In this document: positions 29,865-40,172 of the stretch, one piece after another
How the letters are laid out: every line of letters begins with the position of its first letter
How positions within the stretch are numbered: the stretch's first letter is position 1
Assembly: GCA_041397765.1 (NCBI GenBank)
Contig: JAWKWA010000008.1
Coordinates: 94,726-158,725 of the forward strand
DNA: 64,000 nucleotides
Source: Hyphomicrobiaceae bacterium
GTDB lineage: Bacteria > Pseudomonadota > Alphaproteobacteria > Rhizobiales > Hyphomicrobiaceae
Direction of reading: 5' to 3'
The notes under the pieces: generated by a model
Told to the model about the DNA's origin: nothing
Seen by the model: the letters and a program-made list of their open reading frames with translations, nothing else
Database searches by the model: none
Made by a program: the position numbers and the translations under genes

Positions 29865-30974
29865 ATGCTCGCCGTCATCGCCCTGCTTGCGGCCCTCTTC
29901 TGGCTCGCACCGGCCGGGCCCGCCCGTGCCGGCGGCCTCGACGCCGTGCCGATCGTCTCGCGCAACATGGAGGTGTCGCGGGCGCGCGCCACCGAATCGC
30001 CGCTGAAAGAGGCGGACCAGGCGATCTCCGATGGCTGGCCGCTCTACCGCACCGACACCGGCCAGCAGATCTACAACCGCATGATGGCGACGCTCGACGC
30101 CACCGACGGCCCGACGCCATCGGCCGGCGATTTCGCCGGCTGCGCCGAGCTGAACTGCAATCTGGTGCTGCCCGAGCTTTCCTCGCTCGGCTGGCTGCCG
30201 GCCGGGCGTCTCTGGCTGTCGCCCGACGAATATGTGCTGTTCGTCGTCAGCCCGCGCGGCAAGGGCCTCGACGACTATCGCCGACGGCCGAAAAGCGGCA
30301 TGCGGATTTTCGTCTATCACGAGTTCCAGAACAGCACGACCAACACCGACCCCTACGACACCATCTCCTCCCATTCGGGCACCGTCTTCGTCTCCTTCTA
30401 TATGAGCAAGCCGGCCGTCGACGCCGCCGGGCGCAGCTTCGTCGTCGTCACCCAGATCGCCCCCCACGATGTCGTCAGCCGCCACGCCTCGAACTGGGGC
30501 AGCGCCGGCCCCGGCATCGAGGTCGCCAAGAACACCGGCGAGAAGCTCGCGCCGCTGCAGGCGCGGGCCGGCATCGTCGTGGCGACCATCGTCAAGGCCG
30601 CCGAGCCGCAGCTGCGCGTCGTCAACCACCGCAATGTCGAGGGCCTGCCGATGCTGAAGGCCTACGAGGCGCGGCTCGCCTGGCTGGCCGCCCATCCGGG
30701 CGCCGCCCGTGTCGCGCTGCCTTTCGTCGCCGCCAGCGACGCCCGCATCGCCGCCGCCTCGGCCCCGCTCGCCGAACTCATCCGCCTGCCGGGCACGACG
30801 CGGGTCGCGTCCGCCGCGACGAGCCTGACCATCCCCGCAGCCATGGTGCCGGTACCCGTGCCGGTCACCTCGATCGCGCTCCGCGCCGGCGTGCCGGTGC
30901 CCGTCGAGGCCAAGCGCCCCTTGAGTCTCACCGGCATGATCAGGCGCATGATGAAGGAGACCGCCGAGGAGTGA
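29865..30974 (+). CDS. secreted hypothetical protein, possibly an amidase_2 / PGRP-like peptidoglycan amidase domain
   Basis: Signal peptide MLAVIALLAALFWLAPAGPARA. Central RIFVYHEF...SSHSGTVFVSF...VVVTQIAPHDVVSRHAS.NWGSAGPGIEV loosely resembles amidase_2 (AmpD/AmiD) blocks. C-terminal Ala/Pro/Val-rich tail. Confidence 0.45.
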   Translation: MLAVIALLAALFWLAPAGPARAGGLDAVPIVSRNMEVSRARATESPLKEADQAISDGWPLYRTDTGQQIYNRMMATLDATDGPTPSAGDFAGCAELNCNLVLPELSSLGWLPAGRLWLSPDEYVLFVVSPRGKGLDDYRRRPKSGMRIFVYHEFQNSTTNTDPYDTISSHSGTVFVSFYMSKPAVDAAGRSFVVVTQIAPHDVVSRHASNWGSAGPGIEVAKNTGEKLAPLQARAGIVVATIVKAAEPQLRVVNHRNVEGLPMLKAYEARLAWLAAHPGAARVALPFVAASDARIAAASAPLAELIRLPGTTRVASAATSLTIPAAMVPVPVPVTSIALRAGVPVPVEAKRPLSLTGMIRRMMKETAEE

Positions 30975-31102
30975 GTTTGTCGGGCAAGGCGCGGCGGTCG
31001 CCCGCCGAGCATTTGTCCCCCGCCACACGGACCTTAATTTCCCGTTAACGACGCCCGCCGAAGCTTCTCCGGACAATCGCGATTCGACCCCGGAGGCCGG
31101 TC

Positions 31103-32899
31103 ATGCTCGGCGCAGTTCTCGGCATCATTCTGCTCGTCGTTGGTGCACTCACCGCGCTTCGCGGGCCAAAGTCTATTCCGACCGGTGCCGGCAATGCCGG
31201 GAGGCTCGGACCTGTCGTCGGCATGCTCGGCGGGCGCTTCGGTGGCGCCATTCTGGCCCTCGTCGGCCTATTCATGATCGCCCAGACTTCCTATGTTTTC
31301 ATCGACGCCAACCGTGTCGGCCATCTGAAGCGCATCTATGCCTTCTCCGAGCTGCCCGAGGGCCGCATCATCGCGCTGCCCGGCGAGAAGGGACCGCAAG
31401 CCCGGATTCTCGGTCCCGGCTTCCACTTCATCCCGCTCGTGCGCGTGCTCTACGACGTCGAGCAGTTCCCGGTCGTCGTCGTGCCGGAGGGCTACTATGC
31501 CGAGGTCACCGCGCTCGACGGCAAGCCGATGCCCGAGGGCATGTTCATGGCCCCCGCCGTCGCCGACACCGATGTCGGTGAGATGCTCGATGCCGAGCGC
31601 TTCCTGACCAGCGGCAAGTATTTTCGCGGCCCCCAGGAGACCGTGCTGAAGCCCGGCAGCTACCGGCTCAACCAGTACCTCTTCCGCATCAACATCAGCG
31701 ACGAGACCAGAGCCACCATCATTCCCGCCGGTCACGTCGGCGTGGTGAAGTCGAACGTCGCCCAGCCGGGCGCCCATTGCGTCGAGCAGGAGGTCAAGGC
31801 CGCCGATGCCGAGGCGCTCGCCGGCGCGCTATCGGTGCCGCTCGTGCCGCGTGGCTGCATCGGTATCTGGCGCGAGCCGATCCTGCCGGGCGCCCAGTAT
31901 CTCAATCGCCGCGCCTATGAGGTGACGCTCGTCGACACCCGCGTCCAGACCTGGGAGTTCAAGGGCGGCTTCATCAAGCGCTACATCGATGTGTCCGTCG
32001 ACCAGCAGGGCACCCTGAAGCAGACCGAGCGCTCCGAGGCCCATCCCGAGGTTGCCGACGCGGCCGACCGGGCGGTGTTCCTGAAGGTGGAAGGCTGGGA
32101 CATTCCCCAGGAGCTGCGCGTGCTCGTGCAGGTGAGCCCGGCCAACGCCCCGATCGTCGTCGGTGCGGTCGGCGGCCTCGACGAGGTGAGGAGCCGCATC
32201 CTCGTGCCCGTGATCCGATCGATCGTAAGGAATGTCGCCGGCTCGGAGATCGAGGTGCCGGATCCGACGACGCCCGGCAAGCGCATCCGCCGCGCCACCC
32301 ACGCCCTCGATCTCATCGAGAATCGCGATGCTCTCGAGCAGACCATCGAGGTGCAGGTGAAGCGCGAGGGCCTCAAGGCCGGTGTCGACATCCAGCAGAT
32401 CCGTCTCGGCGAGCCGGCCATTCCTCCCGAGATCCTCATCTCGCGCCAGCGCGAGCAGCTCGCCGCCCTCCTCGCCAAGGCCTATGAGCAGGAGACCGCC
32501 TCCCAGGCCAAGCGCATCGAGACCGAGCAGGCCCGCGCCACCGCCAACGAGCAGCCGCGCCTCGTCGAGAGCCAGATCGCCGTTCAGGTCGCCCGCCAGC
32601 GTGAGGCGGAGCGCGCCGCCCTCGGCCGCGCCGAGCGCCAGTTCCTCGAGGAGCTCGCCCGCGGCCAGAGCGCCCAGGCCGCCGTCCTCGGCCAGGATCG
32701 TGTGGCGCTGCTGCAGGCTCTCGAGAAGACCCTCGCAGCCCTCGAGCGCAAGCCCGAGCTCGTCGGTCTCGTGCAGCGCCTCGTGCCCAATATCGTTGTC
32801 AACGGCGGTGGCGGCGATGCGAGCTTCGCCGGTGCTGCCGCCATCCTCGGCAGCGCCTTGCAGGGCGGCGAGCGGCCCAAGGTCTTCAACCCGCAATAG
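31103..32899 (+). CDS. SPFH/band-7 (flotillin-like) membrane protein
   Basis: 598 aa. N-terminal TM helix, SPFH core, long C-terminal coiled-coil region rich in EA/ER repeats (..QREQLAALLAKAYEQETASQAKRIETEQARA..) typical of bacterial flotillins. Confidence 0.8.
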   Translation: MLGAVLGIILLVVGALTALRGPKSIPTGAGNAGRLGPVVGMLGGRFGGAILALVGLFMIAQTSYVFIDANRVGHLKRIYAFSELPEGRIIALPGEKGPQARILGPGFHFIPLVRVLYDVEQFPVVVVPEGYYAEVTALDGKPMPEGMFMAPAVADTDVGEMLDAERFLTSGKYFRGPQETVLKPGSYRLNQYLFRINISDETRATIIPAGHVGVVKSNVAQPGAHCVEQEVKAADAEALAGALSVPLVPRGCIGIWREPILPGAQYLNRRAYEVTLVDTRVQTWEFKGGFIKRYIDVSVDQQGTLKQTERSEAHPEVADAADRAVFLKVEGWDIPQELRVLVQVSPANAPIVVGAVGGLDEVRSRILVPVIRSIVRNVAGSEIEVPDPTTPGKRIRRATHALDLIENRDALEQTIEVQVKREGLKAGVDIQQIRLGEPAIPPEILISRQREQLAALLAKAYEQETASQAKRIETEQARATANEQPRLVESQIAVQVARQREAERAALGRAERQFLEELARGQSAQAAVLGQDRVALLQALEKTLAALERKPELVGLVQRLVPNIVVNGGGGDASFAGAAAILGSALQGGERPKVFNPQ

Positions 32900-32983
32900 C
32901 GAGCTTCGGACGGCGTGACCCGATCCGCGGCAGACTGCCGGAACTGACGGCGGCGGCCCGGCCCGGGCCCGCCGCCGAGCGCT

Positions 32984-35900
32984 CTACTCCGCCGCTTTGG
33001 CGTGCGTCGGCTCGGCCGGCAACTCGCCGGGCGAGACCGTCGCCTCGTCCTCCTCGCTGCGGCGGTTGCGCGCGAGATAGGTATAGGCGGTCGGCACTAC
33101 GAACAGCGTGAACAGCGTGCCGAACGACATGCCGCCGACGATCACCCAGCCGATCTGCTGGCGGCTTTCGGCGCCCGCGCCATGCGCGAAGGCGAGCGGC
33201 AGCGCGCCGAACACCATGGCGCCCGTCGTCATGACGATCGGACGCAGCCGCCGCACCGACGCCTCGATCACCGCCTTGTACGCATCGGCGCCCGTCTCGC
33301 GCATCTGGTTGGCGAACTCGACGATCAGGATGCCGTGCTTGGTGATGAGACCGATCAGTGTCACGAGCCCGATCTGGCTGTAGACGTTGAGCGTGCCCCC
33401 CGCCAGATACAGCGTGAACAGCGCGCCGGTGATCGACAGCGGCACCGAGAGCATGATGATCGTCGGATTGATCCAGCTCTCGAACTGCGCGGCGAGCACG
33501 AGGAAGATGAAGACGAGCGACAGCGCGCCGACCAGATAGAGGCTGCGCCCGGCGCCCTGGAACTCGCGGCTCTCGCCGGCGAGGTCGGTCTGCACCGTTC
33601 CCGGCAGCACACGCTCGGCCGCCGCGCGGATGTCGGCGAGCGATTCGCCGAGCGAGAAGCCGGGCGCCGGGATCGCCGAGATGATCGCAGCCCGCTGCTG
33701 GTTGAAGCGATTGAGCTCCTTGGGCGCCACGCGCTCGGCGATCGTCACGAGATTGGAGAGCTGGATCATCTCGCCCGAGGCGTTGCGCACGAAGATCGAG
33801 GCGAGATCGCGCGGTCGCGCCCGATCGGCATCGGCGAGCTGCACGATCACGTCGTACTGGTCGCCGTTCATCTCGAATCGCGTCACCTGCCGGCCGCCGA
33901 GCATGGTCTCGAGTGTGCGCCCGACATCGGAGACCTTGAGCCCGTTGTCGGCCAGCTTCTCGCGGTCGAGTGCGACATAGATCTGCGGCTTGTTGAGTCG
34001 GAGGTCGGAATCCACATTCGTCACCGAGGGCACCTTGCGCAACTCGGCGATGAGTGCGTTCACATAGCCATCGAGCGTTTCGTAGCTCTCCGAGGTCTGG
34101 ATTACGAACTGCACCGGCTTGGATCGCGAGCTCTGCCCGAGCGAGGGCGGATTGGAGGCGAAGGCGCGGATGCCGGGTATCTTCATCAGCCCGCCCTGAA
34201 GCTGCCCGGCGATCGCCTGCTGCGAGCGCGTCCGCTCCTCCCAGGCCTTCAGCCTGACGAATGAGAGCGCGCTCGTCGCATCGGGAAAGCCGACAATGAT
34301 CAGATTTGTCTCGACCTCGGGCACTTGCGCATATACGGCGGCGAACTCGCGCGCATAGCCCGCCGTGAAGGCCACGGTCGAGCCCTCGGGCGCCGAGCCG
34401 AACACCATGATCGAGCCGCGATCCTCGACCGGCGACAGCTCCGATTTGAGGTGGCTGAGCGAGTAGACGATGCCGCTCGCCGCCGCGAGCGCGAGCACGA
34501 TGACGAGTGGCCGCGCCCGGAATGCAAGGCCGAGCAGCCGGCGATAGCCGCCCGCCACCCAATCGAAGCCCCGCTCGAGCGCCAGATAGATGCCGCCGTG
34601 CCGCTCGTGCTCCTTGAGGATCTGCGAGCACATCATCGGCGTCAGCGTGAGGGCGATGAAGCCCGAGATGACGACGGCACCCGCCAGTGTCAGGGCGAAC
34701 TCGACGAACAGCTTGCCAGTCCGGCCCGAGCTGAACACCATCGGCGCATAGACCGCGACCAGCGTCAGCGTCATCGCCACCACCGCGAAGGCGATCTCGT
34801 TGATGCCCCGGATGGCGGCGGCCTTGGGCTTCATGCCCTGCTCGATATGGTGGTGGATGTTCTCCAGCACGACGATAGCGTCGTCGACCACGAGGCCGAC
34901 CGCGAGCACCAGCGCCAAGAGCGTCAGCGTGTTGATCGAGAAGCCGAACAGATACATGAGCGTGAAGGCGCCGATCAGCGAGGCCGGTATGGTGACGATC
35001 GGGATGATGGTCGCGCGGAACGATCGCAGGAAGAACAGGATCACCACGACGACCAGCGCCACCGCCTCGCCGATCGCCGTGAACACCGCGCGGATCGAGC
35101 GCTCGATGAAGATCGAGGAATCGTAGGCGACGATCAGGTTCATGCCGGCGGGCAGTTTCGCCACGATGTCGGGCAGCCGCTCGCGCACGCCCGCCGACAC
35201 GTCGAGCGGATTGGCGGTCGCCTGCTTGACGAGCCCGAGCGTGACCGACTGCTGGCCGCTCAGCCATGCGACGCGCCGGCTGTCGGCGGCGCCGAGCTCG
35301 ACGGTGGCGATGTCGCCGATCCGCACGAGGAAACCGTCGGCGTTCTTGACGATGATCGAGCGGAACTGCTCGGGCGTCGACAGCCCGGTATCGGAGAGCA
35401 CCGTGAACTCGCGGTCCTGCCCCTCGATGCGGCCGGCCGGGATTTCGACATTCTGCTCGCGCAGCGCCGTCTCCACGTCCTGCGTCGTCAGATTGTAGGC
35501 CGCGAGCCGCGCCCGGTCGATCCAGATGCGCATCGCATAGCGCCGCTCGCCGAGGATGCGCACTTCCGCGACGCCCGGCGAGTTGCGCAGCCGCTCCGAC
35601 ACGAACCGGTCGGCGAAATCACTGATCTCGAGCGCGCTGTGACGGTCGCTGGTCAGCGCCAGATAGAGCACCGGCTGGGCGTCCGCCTCGACCTTGGAGA
35701 TGACCGGCTCGTCGACCGCTTCCGGCAGCCGGCCGCGTACCCGCCCGACCCGGTCGCGCACGTCCGAGGCGGCGACGTCCGGATCGGCATCCGCACGGAA
35801 GGTGACGGAGATCTGGCTGCGCTCCTGCCGGCTCGAAGAGGTGATGACCTCGATGCCCTCGATGCCCGCGATCGAGTTCTCGAGCACCTGCGTCACCTGC

Positions 35901-36079
35901 GTCTCGATGATCTCGGCCGAGGCGCCCGGATAGTCGGTCCTGACCGAGACCTGCGGCTCGTCGATATTGGGGTACTCGCGCACCGTCAGGCGCGTGTAGC
36001 TGACGAGCCCGATGAGCAGCACGATCAGGCTGAGCACCGTCGCAAAGACCGGCCGGCGGATGAAGACGTCGAAGACCAT
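32984..36079 (-). CDS. RND family efflux transporter permease (AcrB/MexB-like)
   Basis: 1031 aa. MVFDVFIRRPVFATVLSLIVLLIGLVSYTRLTVREYPNIDEPQVSV... is a canonical HAE1 RND N-terminus. 12-TM architecture. Confidence 0.95.
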   Translation of the reverse strand: MVFDVFIRRPVFATVLSLIVLLIGLVSYTRLTVREYPNIDEPQVSVRTDYPGASAEIIETQVTQVLENSIAGIEGIEVITSSSRQERSQISVTFRADADPDVAASDVRDRVGRVRGRLPEAVDEPVISKVEADAQPVLYLALTSDRHSALEISDFADRFVSERLRNSPGVAEVRILGERRYAMRIWIDRARLAAYNLTTQDVETALREQNVEIPAGRIEGQDREFTVLSDTGLSTPEQFRSIIVKNADGFLVRIGDIATVELGAADSRRVAWLSGQQSVTLGLVKQATANPLDVSAGVRERLPDIVAKLPAGMNLIVAYDSSIFIERSIRAVFTAIGEAVALVVVVILFFLRSFRATIIPIVTIPASLIGAFTLMYLFGFSINTLTLLALVLAVGLVVDDAIVVLENIHHHIEQGMKPKAAAIRGINEIAFAVVAMTLTLVAVYAPMVFSSGRTGKLFVEFALTLAGAVVISGFIALTLTPMMCSQILKEHERHGGIYLALERGFDWVAGGYRRLLGLAFRARPLVIVLALAAASGIVYSLSHLKSELSPVEDRGSIMVFGSAPEGSTVAFTAGYAREFAAVYAQVPEVETNLIIVGFPDATSALSFVRLKAWEERTRSQQAIAGQLQGGLMKIPGIRAFASNPPSLGQSSRSKPVQFVIQTSESYETLDGYVNALIAELRKVPSVTNVDSDLRLNKPQIYVALDREKLADNGLKVSDVGRTLETMLGGRQVTRFEMNGDQYDVIVQLADADRARPRDLASIFVRNASGEMIQLSNLVTIAERVAPKELNRFNQQRAAIISAIPAPGFSLGESLADIRAAAERVLPGTVQTDLAGESREFQGAGRSLYLVGALSLVFIFLVLAAQFESWINPTIIMLSVPLSITGALFTLYLAGGTLNVYSQIGLVTLIGLITKHGILIVEFANQMRETGADAYKAVIEASVRRLRPIVMTTGAMVFGALPLAFAHGAGAESRQQIGWVIVGGMSFGTLFTLFVVPTAYTYLARNRRSEEDEATVSPGELPAEPTHAKAAE

Positions 36080-36083
36080 GGGC

Positions 36084-37178
36084 TCACGCCGCCTTTCCGG
36101 GCATCTCGGTGACCTCGTCGCCGTCCTTCAGCCGCATCTGGCCGGCGGTGATGACGCGCTGGCCGGCGGTGAGGCCCTCTTTGATCTCTACCCGGCCGTC
36201 CTGACGCTGGCCGGCGACCACCTCTGTCTTGCGCACCGTCCGTCCCTCGAGCACGAAGACGTAGCTCTTGTCGCCCTCCGGGATGATGGCCGCCTCCGGA
36301 ATCAGCACGGCCGCCTCGACGACCGAGAGCACCAGCTTCACGCGGGCGAACAGGCCCGGCTTCAGCGTGCCGTCGGGATTTGGCAGCGACGCCTTCATCC
36401 TCACCGCCCGTCCGTTGACGTCGACGACCGGGTCGATGGCCGTCACCTCGCCCTTGAAGGCGCGGCCCGGGAAGGCGTCGACCGTGACGTCGATGGCGAG
36501 GCCCGGCTTCAGCACCGAGAGGAATACCTCGGGGACCCGGAACTCGACCTTGACGGGGTCGATGCTGGTGATCGTCACGATCGCCTGTCCGGGAGTCAGA
36601 TAGTCGCCGATGCCGACAGTGCTGAGCCCGAGCACGCCGTCGATCGGCGCGCGGATGGTCGCCTTGGCGAGCTGGGCACGGGCGAGCGCCAGCCGGGCTG
36701 TCGCGGTGGCAAGTCCGCCTTCCGCCTCGTCGCGGTTCGCCTGGCTGCCGAGGCGCTTGTCGGCGAGCGACTTGGCGCGCGCGAAATTGACCTCGGCGAG
36801 GTCGAGATCCGCCTTGGCCTGGGCGAGCGTCGCCTCGAGCGTCGAGGCATCGAGCTGGACCACCACGGCGCCGGTCTTGATCGGCCGGCCCTCGGTGAAG
36901 CGCGCCTCCACCACCTTGCCGGCGATCTCCGAGGCGATGACCACCTGCTGGTCGGCCTGCAGCGTGCCGAGCGCCTCGATGCTGGAGACCACCGGCCCCG
37001 TTTCGGCCGTGCTCGCCTCGACCGGCAGCAGCGGTGCCTTTGCCGCCGCTGGCGTGCCAGACGAGGGGCTGGCCGCCGTCTGCATCGGATAGACCTGCTT
37101 CCACAACTCGTAGTGCCATACGGCATAGCCGCCGGCCCCGACGAGGATGGCGAGGAGCGCAAGGAAGAACGACCTCAA
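36084..37178 (-). CDS. RND efflux membrane fusion protein (periplasmic adaptor, HlyD family)
   Basis: Biotinyl-lipoyl, beta-barrel and MP domains (…VVIASEIAGKVVEARF…RAPIDGVLGLSTVGIGDYLTPGQ…). Probable TTG start preceded by aggggag, giving N-terminal TM helix LRSFFLALLAILVGAGGYAV. Adjacent to the RND permease. Confidence 0.85.
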   Translation of the reverse strand: MRSFFLALLAILVGAGGYAVWHYELWKQVYPMQTAASPSSGTPAAAKAPLLPVEASTAETGPVVSSIEALGTLQADQQVVIASEIAGKVVEARFTEGRPIKTGAVVVQLDASTLEATLAQAKADLDLAEVNFARAKSLADKRLGSQANRDEAEGGLATATARLALARAQLAKATIRAPIDGVLGLSTVGIGDYLTPGQAIVTITSIDPVKVEFRVPEVFLSVLKPGLAIDVTVDAFPGRAFKGEVTAIDPVVDVNGRAVRMKASLPNPDGTLKPGLFARVKLVLSVVEAAVLIPEAAIIPEGDKSYVFVLEGRTVRKTEVVAGQRQDGRVEIKEGLTAGQRVITAGQMRLKDGDEVTEMPGKAA

Positions 37179-37590
37179 TTGGGCAACTCCCCTATCCGGT
37201 GTGGCGTCGGCCGGTGCTCTCTGGCTCCGAGCGGACGGATGTCTCAGCAAGGCAGTCGAGCGACGGGCCGGCCGCGCCGGGATCGCGAGGGCGGAACGCC
37301 GATCGGGCGAGGCGCCGGCTCTTCGATAGGCGATCTGTCGGGGAAGCCGGTCTGGCCGCTGCGCAGGGCGTACTGCGCGATCGCCGGCCGTCCGGGCTGA
37401 ATGCCCCGTCTGATGCGCCCCGCCAGGGTACGCATGTCCCGCGCTGGCGGATGATGCCCACTCGCAGGCGGCGAGGCCAGTAATATCGGCGCGAGCGCAT
37501 GCCGGCAGTGCGAACGTCGTGAACGGCGACGCCGGCTCCCGCGCCGCAGCCGAACGGCCCTCACCCCGCTGCCGACCGCCGCCGGAGCCT

Positions 37591-38586
37591 TCAGATGTCG
37601 AGCCCCTTCTCGCGGGCGAGCCGGTCGAGCGGCACGAGCGGTCGCGGCCCGATATGGGAGATCGCCTCCGCCGCCGCGATGCTCGCCAGCCGTCCAGCGG
37701 TCTCCAGCGAGCGCCCGGTGGCATGGCCGTAGAGGAAGCCGGCGGCATAGAGATCACCCGCCCCGGTCGTGTCCACGACCCGCGCCACCGGATCGGCCGC
37801 GATCTCGACGGTCGTGCCGCCCGAGATGATGATCGAGCCCCGGGCGCTGCGCGTCACCGCGGCAAGCGCCGCGTCCTTCCTGACCCGCGCGCAGGCCTCG
37901 TCGAACGAGGTCTCGTATAGCGCGGTGATCTCGTCGGAGTTGGCGAACAGGATGTCCACATGGTTGCGGATGAGGTCGAGGAATTCCGCGCGATGCCGCT
38001 CGACGCAGAACCCGTCCGACAGCGACAGCGCGACCTTGCGGCCGGCCTTTCGCGCCGTCGCCGCCGCGAGGCTGAAAGCGCGTTTCGCCGCCGGCCGGTC
38101 GAACAGATAGCCCTCCAGATAGGTGATCGTCGCCCCGCCGATCACGCCCGTATCGACCTCCGCCTCCGCCAGCTCCGGGCTGACCCCGAGATAGGTGTTC
38201 ATGGTCCGCTCCCCGTCCGGGGTCACGAATACGAGGCAGCGCGCCGTCGGCGTGCCGGACGAGGAGGCCACCGTGTCGTAGGCGACCCCGATCGAGCGGA
38301 TGTCGTGGCGGAAGATGCGGCCGAATTCGTCGTCCGCCGTCTTGCCGATGAAGGCGGCCCGTCCGCCGAAGGAGGCGACGCCGGCGATGGTGTTGGCCGC
38401 CGAACCGCCCGAGGTCTCGACCGCCGGGCCCATCTCCGCATAGAGGCTCTTCACCTCGTCGACCTCGATGAGCCGCATATGGCCCTTCGACAGGCCGAGC
38501 CGGGCAACGAGGCCGTCCTCGCAGCGCGCGATGATGTCGACGATCGCATTGCCGATGCCGACGACGTCAAGGGATGCTTCTGTCAT
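37591..38586 (-). CDS. PfkB-family carbohydrate/nucleoside kinase (adenosine kinase-like)
   Basis: 331 aa. GIGNAIVDII... and a C-terminal DTTGAGDLYAAGFLYG anion-hole motif. Confidence 0.8.
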   Translation of the reverse strand: MTEASLDVVGIGNAIVDIIARCEDGLVARLGLSKGHMRLIEVDEVKSLYAEMGPAVETSGGSAANTIAGVASFGGRAAFIGKTADDEFGRIFRHDIRSIGVAYDTVASSSGTPTARCLVFVTPDGERTMNTYLGVSPELAEAEVDTGVIGGATITYLEGYLFDRPAAKRAFSLAAATARKAGRKVALSLSDGFCVERHRAEFLDLIRNHVDILFANSDEITALYETSFDEACARVRKDAALAAVTRSARGSIIISGGTTVEIAADPVARVVDTTGAGDLYAAGFLYGHATGRSLETAGRLASIAAAEAISHIGPRPLVPLDRLAREKGLDI

Positions 38587-38665
38587 CGGTCAAGGCTCCC
38601 GTTCGCGGTGTGTGTCTTGGGGGTGAAGCGGCGCGCCCGCCGAGGGGTTGGCTCCGGCGGCGCGG

Positions 38666-39499
38666 TCAGTCGAGGCACTTGTCCTCGAATTGGCACAGAT
38701 CGGCAACGACACAGGTGCCGCAGCGCGGCTTGCGGGCGAGGCAGGTATAGCGCCCGTGCAGGATCAGCCAGTGATGGGCATTTCGCCGGAACTCCGCCGG
38801 CACGCATTGAAGCAGCACCTGCTCGACCTCGTCGGGCGTGCGCCCCGGGGCGAGCCCGGTACGGTTCCCGACCCGGAAGATATGGGTGTCGACGGCGATG
38901 GTCGGTTCGCCGAAAGCGACGTTCAGCACCACATTTGCGGTCTTCCGGCCGACGCCGGGCAGCCGCTCGAGCGCCGCCCGGTCCGCCGGCACCGCGCCGC
39001 CGTGCTCCTCGACGAGGATCCTCGACAGAGCGAGCACGTTCTTTGCCTTGCCGCGGAAGAGGCCGATGGTCTTGATGTGCTCTCGGATCTGATCCTCGCC
39101 GAGCGCGACCATCTTCGCCGGCGTGTCGGCCGCGGCGAACAGGCCCCGCGTCGCCTTGTTGACGCCCGCATCCGTCGCCTGCGCCGACAGCACCACGGCG
39201 ACGAGCAGCGTGAAGGGGTTGGAATGCTCCAGCTCGCTGCGCGGATCGGGGCGCTGCGCCCTCAGCCGCGTGAAGAGCTCCTCTATCGCCGCCGCATCGA
39301 GCCGGGTGCCCGTGCGGCCAGGGGCGCCGGCCCGCTTCGCTTTGGGCTTTGCCGTCCCCGCCGTCTTCGCCTTCGCGGCCGCACCGGACGCCTTTGCCTT
39401 GACGGCCGCGCCGGACCCCTTCGCTTCCACGGCTGCACCGGCCCGGCCCCGTGGGGAAGCGCCACCACCCCGCCCGACCGTCTTTACGCCCCGTGCCAT
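38666..39499 (-). CDS. nth: endonuclease III (Nth) with an about 70-aa Lys/Ala-rich N-terminal extension
   Basis: ...HSNPFTLLVAVVLSAQATDAGVNKAT...LPGVGRKTANVVL...CLARKPRCGTCVVADLC (HhH-GPD plus 4Fe-4S Cys ligands). N-terminus is AKAKASGAAAKAKTAGTAKPKAKRAG. The only in-frame ATG is at 39499. Confidence 0.85.
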   Translation of the reverse strand: MARGVKTVGRGGGASPRGRAGAAVEAKGSGAAVKAKASGAAAKAKTAGTAKPKAKRAGAPGRTGTRLDAAAIEELFTRLRAQRPDPRSELEHSNPFTLLVAVVLSAQATDAGVNKATRGLFAAADTPAKMVALGEDQIREHIKTIGLFRGKAKNVLALSRILVEEHGGAVPADRAALERLPGVGRKTANVVLNVAFGEPTIAVDTHIFRVGNRTGLAPGRTPDEVEQVLLQCVPAEFRRNAHHWLILHGRYTCLARKPRCGTCVVADLCQFEDKCLD

Positions 39500-39577
39500 G
39501 CCCCGCGCCTCCCATCCGTCCGCCCTCGCCGAATATCGGACCTTTCAGCCAGCCCCTCGATGAACTAGCCTCGGGCG

Positions 39578-40084
39578 ATGACCTCAGACCGCCCCGCCGA
39601 TGAAGGCCAGATACCGGGCCGGGACGCCCTCTTCCGGGCCGTCCTCACGCCCAACAGCTCGCTCGGCCGCGAAGGCTTCCGCATCCTGATGGGGATCGTG
39701 ATCGCCATCAACCTGTTCGTCGGTCTGACGGCCTGGTCCATGGGCGCCTGGCCGATCTTCGGATTTTGCGGCCTCGATGTCGCCCTCTTCTATTGGGCTT
39801 TCAAGGCCAACTACCGGGCCGCGCGGCGCTACGAGACGGTCGAGATCTCGCACGACCTTCTCGAGGTGACGCGGGTCGATCCGGCCGGCAATCGGCTGGT
39901 CTGGCAGTGCAACCCCTATTGGGCCCGCGTCGAGCTCGTCGAATATCCGAGCGGGGCCGACCTGAAGCTCGTCTCGGGCGGCCGCTCGATCGAGATCGCC
40001 CGCGTGCTCGGCGAGGAGGAGAAGCGCGATTTCGCCTCGGCCCTGAAGGCGGCGCTCCACCAGAGCCGCCATCGGCCGGCCTGA
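39578..40084 (+). CDS. DUF2244-like integral membrane protein
   Basis: 168 aa with two TM helices (ILMGIVIAINLFVGLTAW, IFGFCGLDVALFYWAF) followed by ...ETVEISHDLLEVTRVDPAGNRLVWQCNPYWARVEL, the pattern seen in DUF2244 proteins. Confidence 0.55.
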   Translation: MTSDRPADEGQIPGRDALFRAVLTPNSSLGREGFRILMGIVIAINLFVGLTAWSMGAWPIFGFCGLDVALFYWAFKANYRAARRYETVEISHDLLEVTRVDPAGNRLVWQCNPYWARVELVEYPSGADLKLVSGGRSIEIARVLGEEEKRDFASALKAALHQSRHRPA

Positions 40085-40172
40085 CCGGGCCGGCAGGTTT
40101 CGGGTCGCCGCGAGCCTCGTTCCAGGCGCATGGTCCCGGCCATGGATTGATGGCCTCAATGGGAAGAGAGCG

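Noticed and set aside
32900-32983. Bidirectional terminator between flotillin and the RND permease
   Set aside because: The GC-rich imperfect palindrome ggcggcggcccggcccgggcccgccgcc lacks a U-tract on either strand. Too weak to call.
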